From Burkholderiales bacterium (GTDB lineage: Bacteria > Pseudomonadota > Gammaproteobacteria > Burkholderiales > SG8-39), in contig DASRIR010000382.1 of NCBI GenBank assembly GCA_035649875.1, forward strand, positions 7,062 to 71,061: 64,000 nucleotides of DNA. Direction: 5' to 3'. Under the pieces are notes generated by a model. It saw only the letters and a program-made list of their open reading frames with translations, was not told the DNA's origin and did not search any database. This document shows, piece after piece, positions 26,169 through 39,119 of the stretch. Position 1 is the stretch's first letter, and every line of letters starts with the position of its first letter. Position numbers and translations under genes: made by a program.

Positions 26169-26825
26169 ATGTTTGCGTTCATGAAGAAAATGAAGACGCT
26201 GTTGCCGAAGGAGAGCACCTTGCCCGGGCGCGCGGAAACGATGCGCGTGCCGGCGAAGCACTTCGTCAACGGCCATCCGCTCAAGCCGCCGTTCCCCGAA
26301 GGCATGCAGCTCGCGCAGTTCGGCCTCGGCTGCTTCTGGGGTGCCGAGCGCGTGTTCTGGCAAACGCCAGGCGTGTACTCGACCGCGGTCGGCTACGCGG
26401 GCGGCGAGACCAAGAATCCGAGCTATGAAGAGGTCTGCAGCGGCTTCACCAATCACACCGAGGCAGTGCTCGTCGTGTTCGACCCGAAGGTCGTCACCTA
26501 CGAAGAACTGCTCAAAGTGTTCTGGGAAGGCCACGACCCGACGCAGGGCATGCGCCAGGGCAACGATGCTGGCACGCAGTACCGCTCGGCCATATACACC
26601 TATGGTGAAGACCAGGCAAAGGCCGCCGCGCGCTCGAAGGAAGTCTATGAGAAGGCGCTGAAGGCGAGGGGCTTCGGACCCATCACCACCGAGATCCGTA
26701 CCGCGCCTGAGTTTTACTACGCCGAAGACTATCACCAGCAATATCTCGCCAAGAATCCCGGCGGCTATTGCGGCCTCGGCGGCACGGGTGTTTCCTGTCC
26801 CGCGGGAGTCACCGCGAAGGTCTGA
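26169..26825 (+). CDS. msrA: peptide-methionine (S)-S-oxide reductase
   Basis: [16 protein letters not shown] contains the catalytic GCFWG motif, then [26 protein letters not shown] 7 nt upstream of the ATG. Confidence 0.95.
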   Translation: MFAFMKKMKTLLPKESTLPGRAETMRVPAKHFVNGHPLKPPFPEGMQLAQFGLGCFWGAERVFWQTPGVYSTAVGYAGGETKNPSYEEVCSGFTNHTEAVLVVFDPKVVTYEELLKVFWEGHDPTQGMRQGNDAGTQYRSAIYTYGEDQAKAAARSKEVYEKALKARGFGPITTEIRTAPEFYYAEDYHQQYLAKNPGGYCGLGGTGVSCPAGVTAKV

Positions 26826-27205
26826 TGCGCGTCGACAAGTGGCTCTGGGCAGCGCGCTTCTTTAAGACTCGCAGTCTCGCGCAACACGCAATCGCCGCAG
26901 GGCGCGTGAAGCTGAACGACGCGCGCGTGAAGTCCTCACACGAGTTGAAACCCGGTGATTCGGTTGCCATCCGCGTGGGCGATTTCGAATGGCAGATCGT
27001 CGTCAGTGTTTTGTCAGACAAGCGAGGTCCGGCGGAGCAGGCGAGGAAGCTCTACCAGGAAACCGATGCGAGCCGCGCCGAACGCGCGCGGCGCATGGAT
27101 CTGCGGCGCTGGGGCGCGGAGCCGGCGCAGGATCTGAAGGGTCGACCAACAAAACGCGATCGCAGGAAATTTGAGGAGTTCACGACTCCGCCCGAGGAAA
27201 ACTAG
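26825..27205 (+). CDS. hslR: ribosome-associated heat-shock protein Hsp15 (S4 domain)
   Basis: Trimmed to the ATG at 26825 (TGATG overlap with msrA). [19 protein letters not shown] matches the Hsp15 N-terminus. Basic C-terminal tail. Confidence 0.88.
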   Translation: MRVDKWLWAARFFKTRSLAQHAIAAGRVKLNDARVKSSHELKPGDSVAIRVGDFEWQIVVSVLSDKRGPAEQARKLYQETDASRAERARRMDLRRWGAEPAQDLKGRPTKRDRRKFEEFTTPPEEN

Positions 27206-27244
27206 GAATCTTCGCTTGGCCGGCGTGTTGTAGCCTATGGCCAA

Positions 27245-29290
27245 ATGCAGAAGGTTCTTGGAGGAGGGTTCCTCGCGGTCGTCGTGACGTCCGCGCTCGC
27301 GCAGGAAGATGCGGTCGTGATCACCGCGACGCGCGCGCCACAGCCGAGCCTCGAAGTGCCCGCGTCGGTCGATCGCCTGTACGCGGACGAGATCCGCGAT
27401 GGCCGGCCGCAGGTCAACCTGTCCGAAAGTCTCGGACGCGTGCCCGGCATCGTGGTGCAGAACCGGCAGAACTACGCGCAGGATCTGCAGATCTCGTCGC
27501 GCGGCTTCGGCGCGCGCGCGGCCTTCGGCGTGCGCGGCGTCCGCCTGATCGCGGACGGCATCCCCGCGACCATGCCCGACGGCCAGGGCCAGGCGTCCAC
27601 TTTCGCGCTGAGCTCGGCGGAGCGCATCGAGGTGCTGCGCGGCCCGTTCTCCAGCCTCTACGGCAACGCGGCCGGCGGCGTGATCGTGGTGGAAACCGAG
27701 GATCCGCCGAAGGAGCCGACGGTCGGCATCGATGTGATGGGCGGCACCTACGACACCTGGCGAGCAGGCGTGCGACTCGGCGGCTACAACACGCTGCTCG
27801 ATGCCTCGCGCTTCGAAACCGACGGCTATCGCGATCACAGCGCGGTGCGGCGCGATCACTTCAACCTCAAGTTCAAGTACGCGTTCCGGCCGGAGACCTC
27901 GCTCACGCTGATCGGCAATCAGCTGCGCCAGCCCGAGACCGAGGATCCGCTCGGGCTGAATCGCGCGCAGCTCGAAGAAAACCCCCGCCAGGCGACGCCG
28001 CAGGCGATCCAGTTCAATACGCGCAAGACTGTCTACCAGGAGCAGCTCGGCGCCACGCTCGCGCATCGGCTGAGCGCCGACTCGAGGATCGAGGCCACGG
28101 TCTACGGCGGTTCCCGTTGGGTCGAGCAGTACCTGGCGATCCCGCTGATCAACCAGGCGCCGGCCACGAGCTCGGGCGGGGTGGTGCAGCTCGACCGCGG
28201 ATATGCGGGCGCGGCCCTTAGGTTCTCCACGTCGGTCAACGCTTGGCGGTTCTCGCTCGGCGCCGAGTACGACCTGATGGACGAGCGCCGGCGCGGCTTC
28301 ATCAACAACCTCGGCGTGCAGGGGGCGCTCAAGCGCGACGAGGACGACGAAGTCTCGGCGACCGACTTCTACGCGCAGGCCGAGTGGCAGTTCACGGAGC
28401 GCTGGAGCGCGCACGCGGGCCTGCGCACCAGCCGGGTCGAGTTCCGCTCCGAGGACCACTTCATCATCCCGGGCAATCCCGACGACAGCGGCACGCGCGA
28501 ATATTCCGAGACTACGCCGGTCGCCGGGCTGCTCTACCGGCACACGAAGAACCTGAGCTTCTACGGCACCTTCGGCGAGGGCTTCGAGACGCCGACCTTC
28601 GCCGAGCTCGCGCACCAGAACCCGCCGGCGACGGGGCTCAACTTTGCGCTCGAAGCCGCGCGCAGCCGGCACGCCGAGCTCGGGGTGAAGACCATCCTGC
28701 CGAAGGTCGCACGGGTGAATGCGGCGCTCTTCGGTATCGAGACGCGCGACGAAATCGTGGTCGACGTCAACCAGGGCGGGCGCACGACCTTCAAGAACGC
28801 GGGACGCACCGAGCGTTTCGGGTTCGAGCTCGCGGCGCAGAGCGCGATGCCCGGTCCGTTCGGCGCCCAGTTCGCCTACACCTATCTCGACGCCACTTTC
28901 AAGGAAGGCTTCTCGAGCAGGGTGCTTGGCAATACGGTGACCATTCCCGCCGGCAATGCGTTGCCCGGGGTACCGAAAAACCAGGCCTACGGGCAGCTGA
29001 GCTACCGGCAGCAGCGCTTCTATACGTATCTGGAAGCGCTCTACCGCTCGAAGGTTCCGGTCAACGATGCTAATTCCGAATTTGCCGACGCTTATACCGT
29101 TTTCAATCTGGTCGGCGCCCTGGTCCAGCAGGGCCCGGGCTGGCGCATCAGCGAATACGTACGCATGGATAACGTCACCGACCGCAATTACGTCGGCTCG
29201 GTGATCGTGAACGAGGGCAACGGCCGCTTCTACGAGCCCTCACCGCGCCGCAGCATGAGCGCTGGCATCCAGGCAAGCCTTCAGTTCTAA
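27245..29290 (+). CDS. TonB-dependent outer-membrane receptor, YncD/PqqU-like
   Basis: Signal peptide. Plug motifs NLSESLGRVPGIVVQNRQNYAQDLQISSRGFG and IADGIPATMPDGQGQ. C-terminal YVGSVIVNEGNGRFYEPSPRRS...ASLQF ends in an aromatic residue. These stretches closely resemble my recollection of E. coli YncD (PqqU), which is memory-based. Confidence 0.85.
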   Translation: MQKVLGGGFLAVVVTSALAQEDAVVITATRAPQPSLEVPASVDRLYADEIRDGRPQVNLSESLGRVPGIVVQNRQNYAQDLQISSRGFGARAAFGVRGVRLIADGIPATMPDGQGQASTFALSSAERIEVLRGPFSSLYGNAAGGVIVVETEDPPKEPTVGIDVMGGTYDTWRAGVRLGGYNTLLDASRFETDGYRDHSAVRRDHFNLKFKYAFRPETSLTLIGNQLRQPETEDPLGLNRAQLEENPRQATPQAIQFNTRKTVYQEQLGATLAHRLSADSRIEATVYGGSRWVEQYLAIPLINQAPATSSGGVVQLDRGYAGAALRFSTSVNAWRFSLGAEYDLMDERRRGFINNLGVQGALKRDEDDEVSATDFYAQAEWQFTERWSAHAGLRTSRVEFRSEDHFIIPGNPDDSGTREYSETTPVAGLLYRHTKNLSFYGTFGEGFETPTFAELAHQNPPATGLNFALEAARSRHAELGVKTILPKVARVNAALFGIETRDEIVVDVNQGGRTTFKNAGRTERFGFELAAQSAMPGPFGAQFAYTYLDATFKEGFSSRVLGNTVTIPAGNALPGVPKNQAYGQLSYRQQRFYTYLEALYRSKVPVNDANSEFADAYTVFNLVGALVQQGPGWRISEYVRMDNVTDRNYVGSVIVNEGNGRFYEPSPRRSMSAGIQASLQF

Positions 29291-29321
29291 TAACAACCCC
29301 CAGAGGAGAGAGACCCACTCT

Positions 29322-30545
29322 ATGAAAAGCATCATCGCGTTCGCGGTTGCCGCGGCATTCGCGGTTCCAGCGCTGTCCCAGGACAAGCCGAAACCCCCGC
29401 CTGTATGGCATCAAGGGAAGCCGCCGGCAATGGCGGATTCCAAGCTCGCGCCGCATGCCGGGAAGATGACCGAGACCCCGGCGAACGAGATCCCGGTCAG
29501 CAAGCTGAAGCTGCCGGCGGGATTCAAGGCCGAGGTCTGGGCGAGCGGCCTGCCGGGGGGGCGCGCGATGGCGCTCAGCGACGACGGCAAGAAGGTTTAC
29601 GTCGGCACGCGTGTCATCGGCCGCGTGTACGAAGTGACCGACGCGGGCGACAAGCGCACCGTGCGCGTGGTGGTCGACAAGCTGACGCAGCCGGCGGGCG
29701 TCGCGTTCAACAAAGGCTCGCTCTACGTGTTCGCGATCGACAAGGTGCTCAAGTTCGATGGCATCGCCGGGAATCCGAACGCGCAGCCGCAGGACCTGAC
29801 CGCCAAGTTCGACCTGCCGCCCGAGCAGCACCATAACTGGAAGTACGTTGCTTTCGGGCCTGACGGCAAGCTCTACGTGCCATTCGGCGCACCGTGCAAC
29901 ATCTGCGAGCCGCCGAAGGAATACGCGCAGATCCGGCGCTACAACGCCGACGGCTCGGGCAAGGAAGTAATCGCGACCGGCGTGCGCAACTCGGTCGGCT
30001 TCGACTGGCATCCGAAGACGAAGGAGATGTATTTCACCGACCACGGCCGTGACTGGATGGGCGAGGACGGCCCGCAGGACGAGTTGAACCGCCTAGCCAA
30101 GCCGGGCGGCAATTACGGCTTCCCTTACTGTCATGCCAACGGCGTCGCCGACAAGGACTTTCCCAAAAAAGACGGTTGCAAGGGCGTGACGCGGCCTGTC
30201 GCGCTGATGGGGCCGCATGCGGCGGCAATGGGCGTCAAGTTCTATACCGGCAAGATGTTCCCGGCCGAATACCAGAACACGATGTTTATCGCGCGCCGCG
30301 GCTCCTGGAACCGCACGAATGCAGCCGGTTTCGACGTGATCAACGTGCGCCTCGGAGAGGAGGGCAAGGCGAGTGTCCAACCGTTCATTACCGGGTTCCA
30401 GGAAGGCAAGGAAGGCTACAAGTTCTGGGGCCGGCCGGTGTATTTCGCGCAGATGCCCGACGGCGCGCTGCTAGTGTCGGACGAGCAGAACGGTGCGATC
30501 TACCGCATCAGCTACCAGCGGCCGAAGGCGCCGGCGAAGAAATAG
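29322..30545 (+). CDS. PQQ-dependent sugar (glucose/sorbosone) dehydrogenase family, periplasmic beta-propeller
   Basis: Signal peptide MKSIIAFAVAAAFAVPALSQ. Repeated propeller-blade patterns, NSVGFDWHP...MYFTDHGRD and GNYGFPYCH, as in the sorbosone dehydrogenase/YliI family. GAGGAGAGAG upstream. Confidence 0.75.
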   Translation: MKSIIAFAVAAAFAVPALSQDKPKPPPVWHQGKPPAMADSKLAPHAGKMTETPANEIPVSKLKLPAGFKAEVWASGLPGGRAMALSDDGKKVYVGTRVIGRVYEVTDAGDKRTVRVVVDKLTQPAGVAFNKGSLYVFAIDKVLKFDGIAGNPNAQPQDLTAKFDLPPEQHHNWKYVAFGPDGKLYVPFGAPCNICEPPKEYAQIRRYNADGSGKEVIATGVRNSVGFDWHPKTKEMYFTDHGRDWMGEDGPQDELNRLAKPGGNYGFPYCHANGVADKDFPKKDGCKGVTRPVALMGPHAAAMGVKFYTGKMFPAEYQNTMFIARRGSWNRTNAAGFDVINVRLGEEGKASVQPFITGFQEGKEGYKFWGRPVYFAQMPDGALLVSDEQNGAIYRISYQRPKAPAKK

Positions 30546-31135
30546 TGCTTTTCGCGCTCCGCAAGGGGCGGTGGGCGATCCTGCTCACCGCCCTTTTTGC
30601 TTCTGTTGCCGGTTCTCAGGAAAGACTCCAGCTGTGCGCAGCCTGCCACGGGCCGGACGGCAACTCCGTCAATCCGCAGGTTCCTTCGATCGCGGGGCAG
30701 CCGAAGCTCTTTATCGAGAACCAGCTCATCCTGTTTCGCGAGGAGCTGCGCAAGTCTGAGCCCATGCTGCCGGCGGTGAAGGGGCTGAAGGACGCGGAAA
30801 TCATCAGGCTGGCGGAGCATTTCTCGAAGCTGCCGGCCAAGGGCATGGAGACGGGGCCAGGCGACGCGAAGCTGGCGAAGCTGGGGGCGGAGAAGTCAAA
30901 AGCCCTGCGCTGCGGCGTGTGCCACCTCGCGGACTACAGCGGCCAGAACCAAATCCCGCGCCTCGCCGGCCAGCGCGAGGCGTACCTGGAAGCCGAGTTG
31001 CGCGCTTACCGCGACGGCAAGCGCACCGGCGGCGACACCATCATGGCGGCGGCGCTGTATGGCGTAAGCGACACCGACATCAAGGCGCTCGCCCACTACC
31101 TTTCGCGAAGTAGCGTTCGATCTCCCACGCGCTGA
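30545..31135 (+). CDS. dihaem c-type cytochrome (c4-like)
   Basis: GTG at 30545 overlaps the upstream TAG (TAGTG). Hydrophobic leader WAILLTALFASVAG. Two haem sites, CAACHG and CGVCHL. I rejected the track's N-terminal extension to 30176 because it lies out of frame inside the dehydrogenase gene. Confidence 0.8.
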   Translation: MLFALRKGRWAILLTALFASVAGSQERLQLCAACHGPDGNSVNPQVPSIAGQPKLFIENQLILFREELRKSEPMLPAVKGLKDAEIIRLAEHFSKLPAKGMETGPGDAKLAKLGAEKSKALRCGVCHLADYSGQNQIPRLAGQREAYLEAELRAYRDGKRTGGDTIMAAALYGVSDTDIKALAHYLSRSSVRSPTR

Positions 31136-31517
31136 ACCACGAGAGGTCTTTGGCGAGGTCGTCGGAGACCAGCTTTTCCACCTCCTTTCCCAGCTCCTTG
31201 CGGATCAGGCCGAGGAACTTGGGCGGCGCGACGAGGTACAGCCTGTCGTAGCGGTGGTCGGTGCGCGCCTTCTCGAGGTAGTCGCCGATCCGCTTCGAGA
31301 ATATCTGGACGGTGTGCTCCACCGCGCTGGGCTCCTCGCGGGCGCTCAGGCCGCCCGGACCGTGCAGCCGCGGATTGGCATCGGTGGTCAGCTCGCGGTC
31401 TTGAAGCCGCCCGTCGGGATTGAGCAGATTGTCGATCTCGACCAGCCGCTCCCGGTCCGCAACTTGCAGGATGCGTGCGCGGGCCGCGTCGGCGGCAACA
31501 ATCCAAGTGGTAGCCAT
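31080..31517 (-). CDS. host-attachment-protein family (PF10116-like) protein
   Basis: Trimmed to the ATG at 31517. MATTWIVAADAARARILQV...LYLVAPPKFLGLIRKEL...LAKDL fits the family pattern. Its 3' end overlaps the cytochrome c gene by 56 nt. Confidence 0.7.
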   Translation of the reverse strand: MATTWIVAADAARARILQVADRERLVEIDNLLNPDGRLQDRELTTDANPRLHGPGGLSAREEPSAVEHTVQIFSKRIGDYLEKARTDHRYDRLYLVAPPKFLGLIRKELGKEVEKLVSDDLAKDLSWFSAWEIERYFAKGSGRAP

Positions 31518-31571
31518 GAACCTTCGACCCCATGACGATGAACGGGTTTCTTCGCGTAAAGTCCTAGAAGC

Positions 31572-32714
31572 ATGAATCCGCTCTTTCTCGGGGGTGCCGC
31601 CGTAGGTGTCGCCCTCATGTACTTCCTGGACCCCAACTCCGGCCGCCGTCGCCGCGCGCGTACGCGCGACAAGGTGGTGCACGCCGCGAAAGTGGTCAAC
31701 GAGGGCGCCAAGGTCACCGCGCGCGACACTATGCACCGCGCGCAAGGCGCGTGGGCGGAGGCCAAGCGCCTGTTCAATCACGAGGAAGCGGTCGGCGACG
31801 ACGCATTGGTGAGCCGGGTGCGCGCCGCCCTGGGCCGGCTGGTGTCGCATCCGCACGCCGTCGAGGTGGCGGCGAACGGGGGGCACGTCACGCTGATCGG
31901 GCCGATCCTCTCCTATGAGGTGCGGCCGCTCCTCAAGGCCGTGCGCAAGGTGCCGGGGGTGCGCGCGGTCAGCGACCAGCTCACGGTGTACAACGAGCCC
32001 GGCAACGTGTCATCGCTCCAGGGCGGCGAGCCGCGCACCGGCAAGCGCTTCGAGCTCATGCAGGAGAACTGGTCGCCGGCGGCGCGCATGATGGCCGGCG
32101 GCGCGGGCGCCGCGCTGATGCTGGCCGCGACGCAGGTGCGCGGCAGCCTGAGCGCGCTGCTTGGCGTTGCGGGCGCCGCGCTCGTATCGCGCGCGGCCAC
32201 CAACCGCGATGTCGCGAGCCTGGTCGGTCTCGGCAAGCGCGGCATCACGGTGCAGAAAACGATCTACGTCGCCGCTCCGGTGGAGCGCGTGTTCGAATTT
32301 TGGACCGACTACCAGAACTTCCCGCGCTTCATGCACAACGTGCGCGACGTGCGCGAGATCGCCGACCGGCGCTCGCACTGGGTGGTCGCCGGTCCTGCCG
32401 GCGTCCCTGTGCAGTGGACCGCCGAGGTCACCGGCCTCATCCCCGGGGAGCTGATCGAGTGGCGCTCGGTGAGCGACTCGGACGTGCGCCACGAAGGCGT
32501 CGTGCGCTTCGTCGGCACCACCGACGGCGGCACGCGCCTCAGCGTGGAGCTTTCCTACATCCCGCCCGCCGGCGCCTTCGGCCATGCGGTCGCGACCATG
32601 TTCGGCGCCGATCCCAAGAGCGAGATGGACACCGATCTCCTGCGCATGAAGTCGATGATCGAGACCGGCCACCCGCCGCACGACGCGGCACGACCCCTGC
32701 CACGGGAAAGCTGA
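31572..32714 (+). CDS. BON-domain plus SRPBCC (cyclase/dehydrase-type) domain protein
   Basis: N-terminal TM, then a BON-like segment (VSRVRAALGRLVSHPHAVEVAANGGHVTLIGPI...VPGVRAVSDQLTV). A Gly/Ala TM segment is followed by SRPBCC (ITVQKTIYVAAPVERVFEFWTDYQNFPRFMHNV). Confidence 0.7.
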   Translation: MNPLFLGGAAVGVALMYFLDPNSGRRRRARTRDKVVHAAKVVNEGAKVTARDTMHRAQGAWAEAKRLFNHEEAVGDDALVSRVRAALGRLVSHPHAVEVAANGGHVTLIGPILSYEVRPLLKAVRKVPGVRAVSDQLTVYNEPGNVSSLQGGEPRTGKRFELMQENWSPAARMMAGGAGAALMLAATQVRGSLSALLGVAGAALVSRAATNRDVASLVGLGKRGITVQKTIYVAAPVERVFEFWTDYQNFPRFMHNVRDVREIADRRSHWVVAGPAGVPVQWTAEVTGLIPGELIEWRSVSDSDVRHEGVVRFVGTTDGGTRLSVELSYIPPAGAFGHAVATMFGADPKSEMDTDLLRMKSMIETGHPPHDAARPLPRES

Positions 32715-32718
32715 TTCT

Positions 32719-35409
<2,691 letters not shown>

Positions 35410-35418
35410 CCCTGCTGA

Positions 35419-36855
35419 TCAGACGACGAACAGGTCGACGAACTTGTCGACCGGCGTTGCCGCAAGCCTGTCCGCGTCCATGCAAACGTCGAGAATGGCC
35501 TTCTGCTGCTGCGCGGGAAAGCGCCGCGCGAGGTTGGTCTTGAACTTCTCCACCAGGATCGGCATGCCTTCGGCGCGACGGCGCTTGTGGCCGATCGGGT
35601 ACTCGCACACCAATTCCTTGAGCTTCGCGCCGCCCTTGAACTCCACGGTGAGGGCGTTGGCGATCGAGCGCCTCTTCGGGTCGTGGTAGTCGCGCGTGAA
35701 GCGCTTGTCCTCGACGCACTCGATTTTCTTTCGCAGGGCATCGATCCGTGGATCTGTTGCGACGTCGTCTTCATAGTCGGCGGCGGTCAACCGCCCGAAC
35801 AGGAGCGGCACAGCGACCATGTACTGGATGCAGTGGTCGCGGTCCGCCGGGTTCGAAAGCGGTCCCTTCTTGTCGATTATGCGGATCGCGGCCTCGTGCG
35901 TCCGGATGCGGATTTTCTTAATGTCTTCAGCAGTTTTGCCGCTCGATTTCATCTGCTGAAAAATGCTCATCGCGCATTCCACCGCGGTCTGGGCATGGAA
36001 CTCCGCGGGGAACGAGATCTTGAACAGCACGTGCTCCATCACGTAGCTGCCGAACTTGCGCTGGAACTTGAACGGCTTGCCCTTGAACAGGACGTCGTAG
36101 AAGCCCCAGCCCTTGGCGCTCAGCACCGAGGGGTAGCCCATCTCGCCGGTCTTGCTGATCAGCGCGAGGCGCACGGCGCGCGAGGTGGCGTCGCCCGCCG
36201 CCCAGCTCTTGCGCGAGCCGGTGTTGGGCGCGTGGCGGTAGGTGCGCAGCGACTGGCCGTCGACCCAGGCCTGCGAAACGGCGTTGACCACCTGGTCGTA
36301 GGTGCAGCCGAGCATCTGCGCCGTCACGGCCGTAGAGGCCACCTTGACGAGCACCACGTGGTCCAGGCCGACGCGGTTGAAGCTGTTCTCGAGCGCGATC
36401 ACGCCCTGGATCTCGTGCGCCTTGATCATCGCGGTGAGCACCTCCCGCATGAGCAGGGGTTTCTGATTCCGGGACAACCAATCCGCCGTGGCGAGAATGC
36501 CCCCAAGGTTGTCCGACGGATGACCCCACTCGGCCGCGAGCCAGGTGTCGTTGAAGTCGAGCCAGCGGATCATGGCGCCGAGGTTCCACGCCGCCTGCAC
36601 CGGATCGAGCTGGAACTTGGTGCCGGGCACCTTGGCGCCGTTCGGCACCACGGTGGCGGGGTCGATCGGGCCGAGAAGCTTGGTGCACGCCGGATATTCC
36701 AGCGCCTCGAAGCCGCAGCCCAGCGTGTCCATCAGGCAATAGCGGGCGGTCTCGTACGCTTCGCTGCTTTTCACCTGGTGCTTGGTCGCGTAGTCAGCGA
36801 TCAGCGTGAGCACCTTGTCCGGCTTCGGCCGGACGTTGGAGATGTGAGTGGACAT
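35419..36855 (-). CDS. prpD: 2-methylcitrate dehydratase
   Basis: 478 aa MmgE/PrpD family. It sits in a prpB-prpC-prpD context. [13 protein letters not shown] and [19 protein letters not shown] motifs. Confidence 0.9.
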   Translation of the reverse strand: MSTHISNVRPKPDKVLTLIADYATKHQVKSSEAYETARYCLMDTLGCGFEALEYPACTKLLGPIDPATVVPNGAKVPGTKFQLDPVQAAWNLGAMIRWLDFNDTWLAAEWGHPSDNLGGILATADWLSRNQKPLLMREVLTAMIKAHEIQGVIALENSFNRVGLDHVVLVKVASTAVTAQMLGCTYDQVVNAVSQAWVDGQSLRTYRHAPNTGSRKSWAAGDATSRAVRLALISKTGEMGYPSVLSAKGWGFYDVLFKGKPFKFQRKFGSYVMEHVLFKISFPAEFHAQTAVECAMSIFQQMKSSGKTAEDIKKIRIRTHEAAIRIIDKKGPLSNPADRDHCIQYMVAVPLLFGRLTAADYEDDVATDPRIDALRKKIECVEDKRFTRDYHDPKRRSIANALTVEFKGGAKLKELVCEYPIGHKRRRAEGMPILVEKFKTNLARRFPAQQQKAILDVCMDADRLAATPVDKFVDLFVV

Positions 36856-36859
36856 CGGC

Positions 36860-37117
36860 CTAGGAGGTCTTGTTCGAGTCGTCGTCGGCGGCCGGACCGT
36901 TGTCGTCCACGCCGAAGCTCCACTCGTAGCCGCCGGCGGGCTCGAAGGTGTGCTCGTTGCCGCCGGCGCGCGGCGCGTGGCGCATGGAGGGCGCTGGAGC
37001 GCGCTCGTCGCGCGTCTTGTCCCACCAGGTCGCGCGGCCCTTGCGCTGCGACTCGACCTCCTCGGGGTGCTCCTCGAGGAACTTGCGCATGAACTTGGTC
37101 AGATCGGATTCGTACAT
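36860..37117 (-). CDS. small conserved hypothetical protein (DUF3460-like) with acidic tail
   Basis: 85 aa. [34 protein letters not shown] matches my recollection of the betaproteobacterial DUF3460 N-terminal pattern. It abuts prpC (stop at 37118, start at 37117) and lies 4 nt from the prpD start. Confidence 0.55.
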   Translation of the reverse strand: MYESDLTKFMRKFLEEHPEEVESQRKGRATWWDKTRDERAPAPSMRHAPRAGGNEHTFEPAGGYEWSFGVDDNGPAADDDSNKTS

Positions 37118-38269
37118 TTATCGATTTGCAATGGGTACCCACTGCATGTTCTCCGGGCCGGTGTAGTTCGCTGCCGGGCGGATGATCTTGCCGTCGGCGC
37201 GCTGCTCGATGACATGCGCCGACCAGCCGCTGGTGCGCGAGATCACGAACACCGGCGTGAACATCGAGGTCGGCACGCCGAGGCGGTGGTAGGACACCGC
37301 GCTGTACCAGTCGAGGTTCGCGAACATGTCCTTTTCGCGCCGCATCACGTGCTCGAGCCGCTCGGCGATGTCGAACAGCTTCATGCTCTTCGCCTGCTGC
37401 GAGAGGCGCTTGGCGACCCCCTTGATCACCTGGTTGCGCGGATCGCCGGTCGTGTACACCGGGTGGCCGAAGCCGATCACGATTTCGCGCGCCTTAACAC
37501 GGCGAACGATATCGGCTTCGGCGTCATCCGCATTCTTATATCTTGATAAAACCTCGAAGGCGAACTCGTTGGCGCCGCCGTGCTTCGGCCCGCGCAGCGC
37601 GCCGATACCGGCGCAGATCGCGCTGTACATGTCCGAGCCCGTTCCCGCGACGACGCGGCAGGCGAAGGTGCTGGCGTTGAACTCGTGCTCCGCGTACAGG
37701 ATGAGCGAGGTGTGCATCGCCCGGACCGCCGCTTCGCTCGGCTTCTTGTTGTGCAAGAGCCTGAGAAAGTGTCCGCCGATGGAGTCGTCGTCGGTCTCCG
37801 TGTTGATGCGCTTGCCGCGGTGGCTGTAGTGGTACCAGTAGAGCAGCATCGAGCCCATCGAGGCCATCAGCCGGTCGGCGATGCGCTGCGCGCCCGCCTT
37901 GGCATGGTCGTTCTTCTCCGGCTCGATCGTGCCCAGCACCGAGACGCCGGTGCGCAGCACGTCCATCGGGTGCGCCTTCTTCGGCACGCGTTCCAGCGCA
38001 ACCTTGAGCGCCTGGGGTAGCCCGCGCATTTTCCTGAGGGAGCTCTTGTATTTCTTCAGCTCGTCGCGGGTCGGCAGCTTCTCGTGCACCAAGAGATAGG
38101 CGACCTCCTCGAACTCGGCCTGCTCGGCGAAGTCGAGGATGTCGTAGCCGCGGTAGTGCAGGTCGTTGCCGCTGCGGCCGACGGTGCACAGGGCGGTATT
38201 GCCGGCCGGGACGCCGGACAGCGCGACCGATTTTTTCGGCTTAGGAGCGACCGCGGGTAAAGAGCTCAT
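37118..38269 (-). CDS. prpC: 2-methylcitrate synthase
   Basis: [34 protein letters not shown] is almost identical in pattern to enterobacterial PrpC. Citrate-synthase motif GFGHPVY. Confidence 0.93.
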   Translation of the reverse strand: MSSLPAVAPKPKKSVALSGVPAGNTALCTVGRSGNDLHYRGYDILDFAEQAEFEEVAYLLVHEKLPTRDELKKYKSSLRKMRGLPQALKVALERVPKKAHPMDVLRTGVSVLGTIEPEKNDHAKAGAQRIADRLMASMGSMLLYWYHYSHRGKRINTETDDDSIGGHFLRLLHNKKPSEAAVRAMHTSLILYAEHEFNASTFACRVVAGTGSDMYSAICAGIGALRGPKHGGANEFAFEVLSRYKNADDAEADIVRRVKAREIVIGFGHPVYTTGDPRNQVIKGVAKRLSQQAKSMKLFDIAERLEHVMRREKDMFANLDWYSAVSYHRLGVPTSMFTPVFVISRTSGWSAHVIEQRADGKIIRPAANYTGPENMQWVPIANR

Positions 38270-39119
38270 CGAGCTTCTTCTCGTAGGCGTGGTAGTTGAT
38301 GATCTCGTACAGCTCTTCGCGCGTCTGCATCTCCCCGATCGAGCCTTTCTGCGTGCCGGTTTTCCGCAGGTTCTCGTAGACCTTGAGCGCAGCCTTGTTC
38401 ATCGCGCGGAAGGCGCTGAGCGGATAGAGGATCATCGCCACGTCGGCCGCGCGCAGCTCCTCGACCGTGAACAGGGGGGACTTCCCGAACTCGGTGATGT
38501 TGGCGAGGATCGGCACCTTCACCGCATCGGCCACCTTGCGATACATCTCTATCGAGGGGATCGCCTCGGGGAACACCATGTCCGCGCCGGCTTCGACGTA
38601 CTTCTGCATTCTTTGAATGGCGGAATCCAGGCCCTCGTTTGCCAGCGCATCGGTGCGCGCCATGATGACGAACGAGGGATCGCTGCGCGCGTCCACCGCC
38701 GCCTTGATGCGGTCGGCCATCTCGTCTTTCGACACCAGCTCCTTGCCGGGGCGGTGACCGCAGCGCTTGGCGCCGACCTGGTCCTCGATGTGCATCGCCG
38801 CCGCGCCGAACTTGACGAGCGAGCGCGTGGTGCGCGCCACGTTGAAGGCGCTCGCGCCGAACCCGGTGTCGACGTCGACCAGGAGCGGCAGCTCGCAGAC
38901 GTCGGTGATGCGTCGGATGTCGGTGAGCACGTCGTCCAGGCCCGAGATGCCGAGGTCGGGCATGCCGAGCGAGCCCGCGGCCACGCCGCCGCCCGACAGG
39001 TAGATCGCCCGATAGCCCACGCGCTTTGCCATGAGCGCGTGGTTGGCGTTGATCGTGCCGACGATCTGGAGGGGCTTTTCTTGTTGTACCGCGTCGCGGA
39101 AGCGCTGGCCTGCTGTCAT
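38241..39119 (-). CDS. prpB: methylisocitrate lyase
   Basis: Trimmed to the ATG at 39119 ([11 protein letters not shown]...[10 protein letters not shown]). [12 protein letters not shown] and [17 protein letters not shown] are the catalytic-loop motifs. ATGA overlap with the mdh stop and 29-nt overlap with the prpC start. Confidence 0.92.
   Translation of the reverse strand: MTAGQRFRDAVQQEKPLQIVGTINANHALMAKRVGYRAIYLSGGGVAAGSLGMPDLGISGLDDVLTDIRRITDVCELPLLVDVDTGFGASAFNVARTTRSLVKFGAAAMHIEDQVGAKRCGHRPGKELVSKDEMADRIKAAVDARSDPSFVIMARTDALANEGLDSAIQRMQKYVEAGADMVFPEAIPSIEMYRKVADAVKVPILANITEFGKSPLFTVEELRAADVAMILYPLSAFRAMNKAALKVYENLRKTGTQKGSIGEMQTREELYEIINYHAYEKKLDELFTRGRS

Noticed and set aside
27206-27244. 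Possible riboswitch or Fur box upstream of the TonB-dependent receptor
   Set aside because: The gap after hslR is only 39 nt, too short for a cobalamin or other riboswitch. It contains nothing resembling a GATAATGATAATCATTATC-type Fur box.
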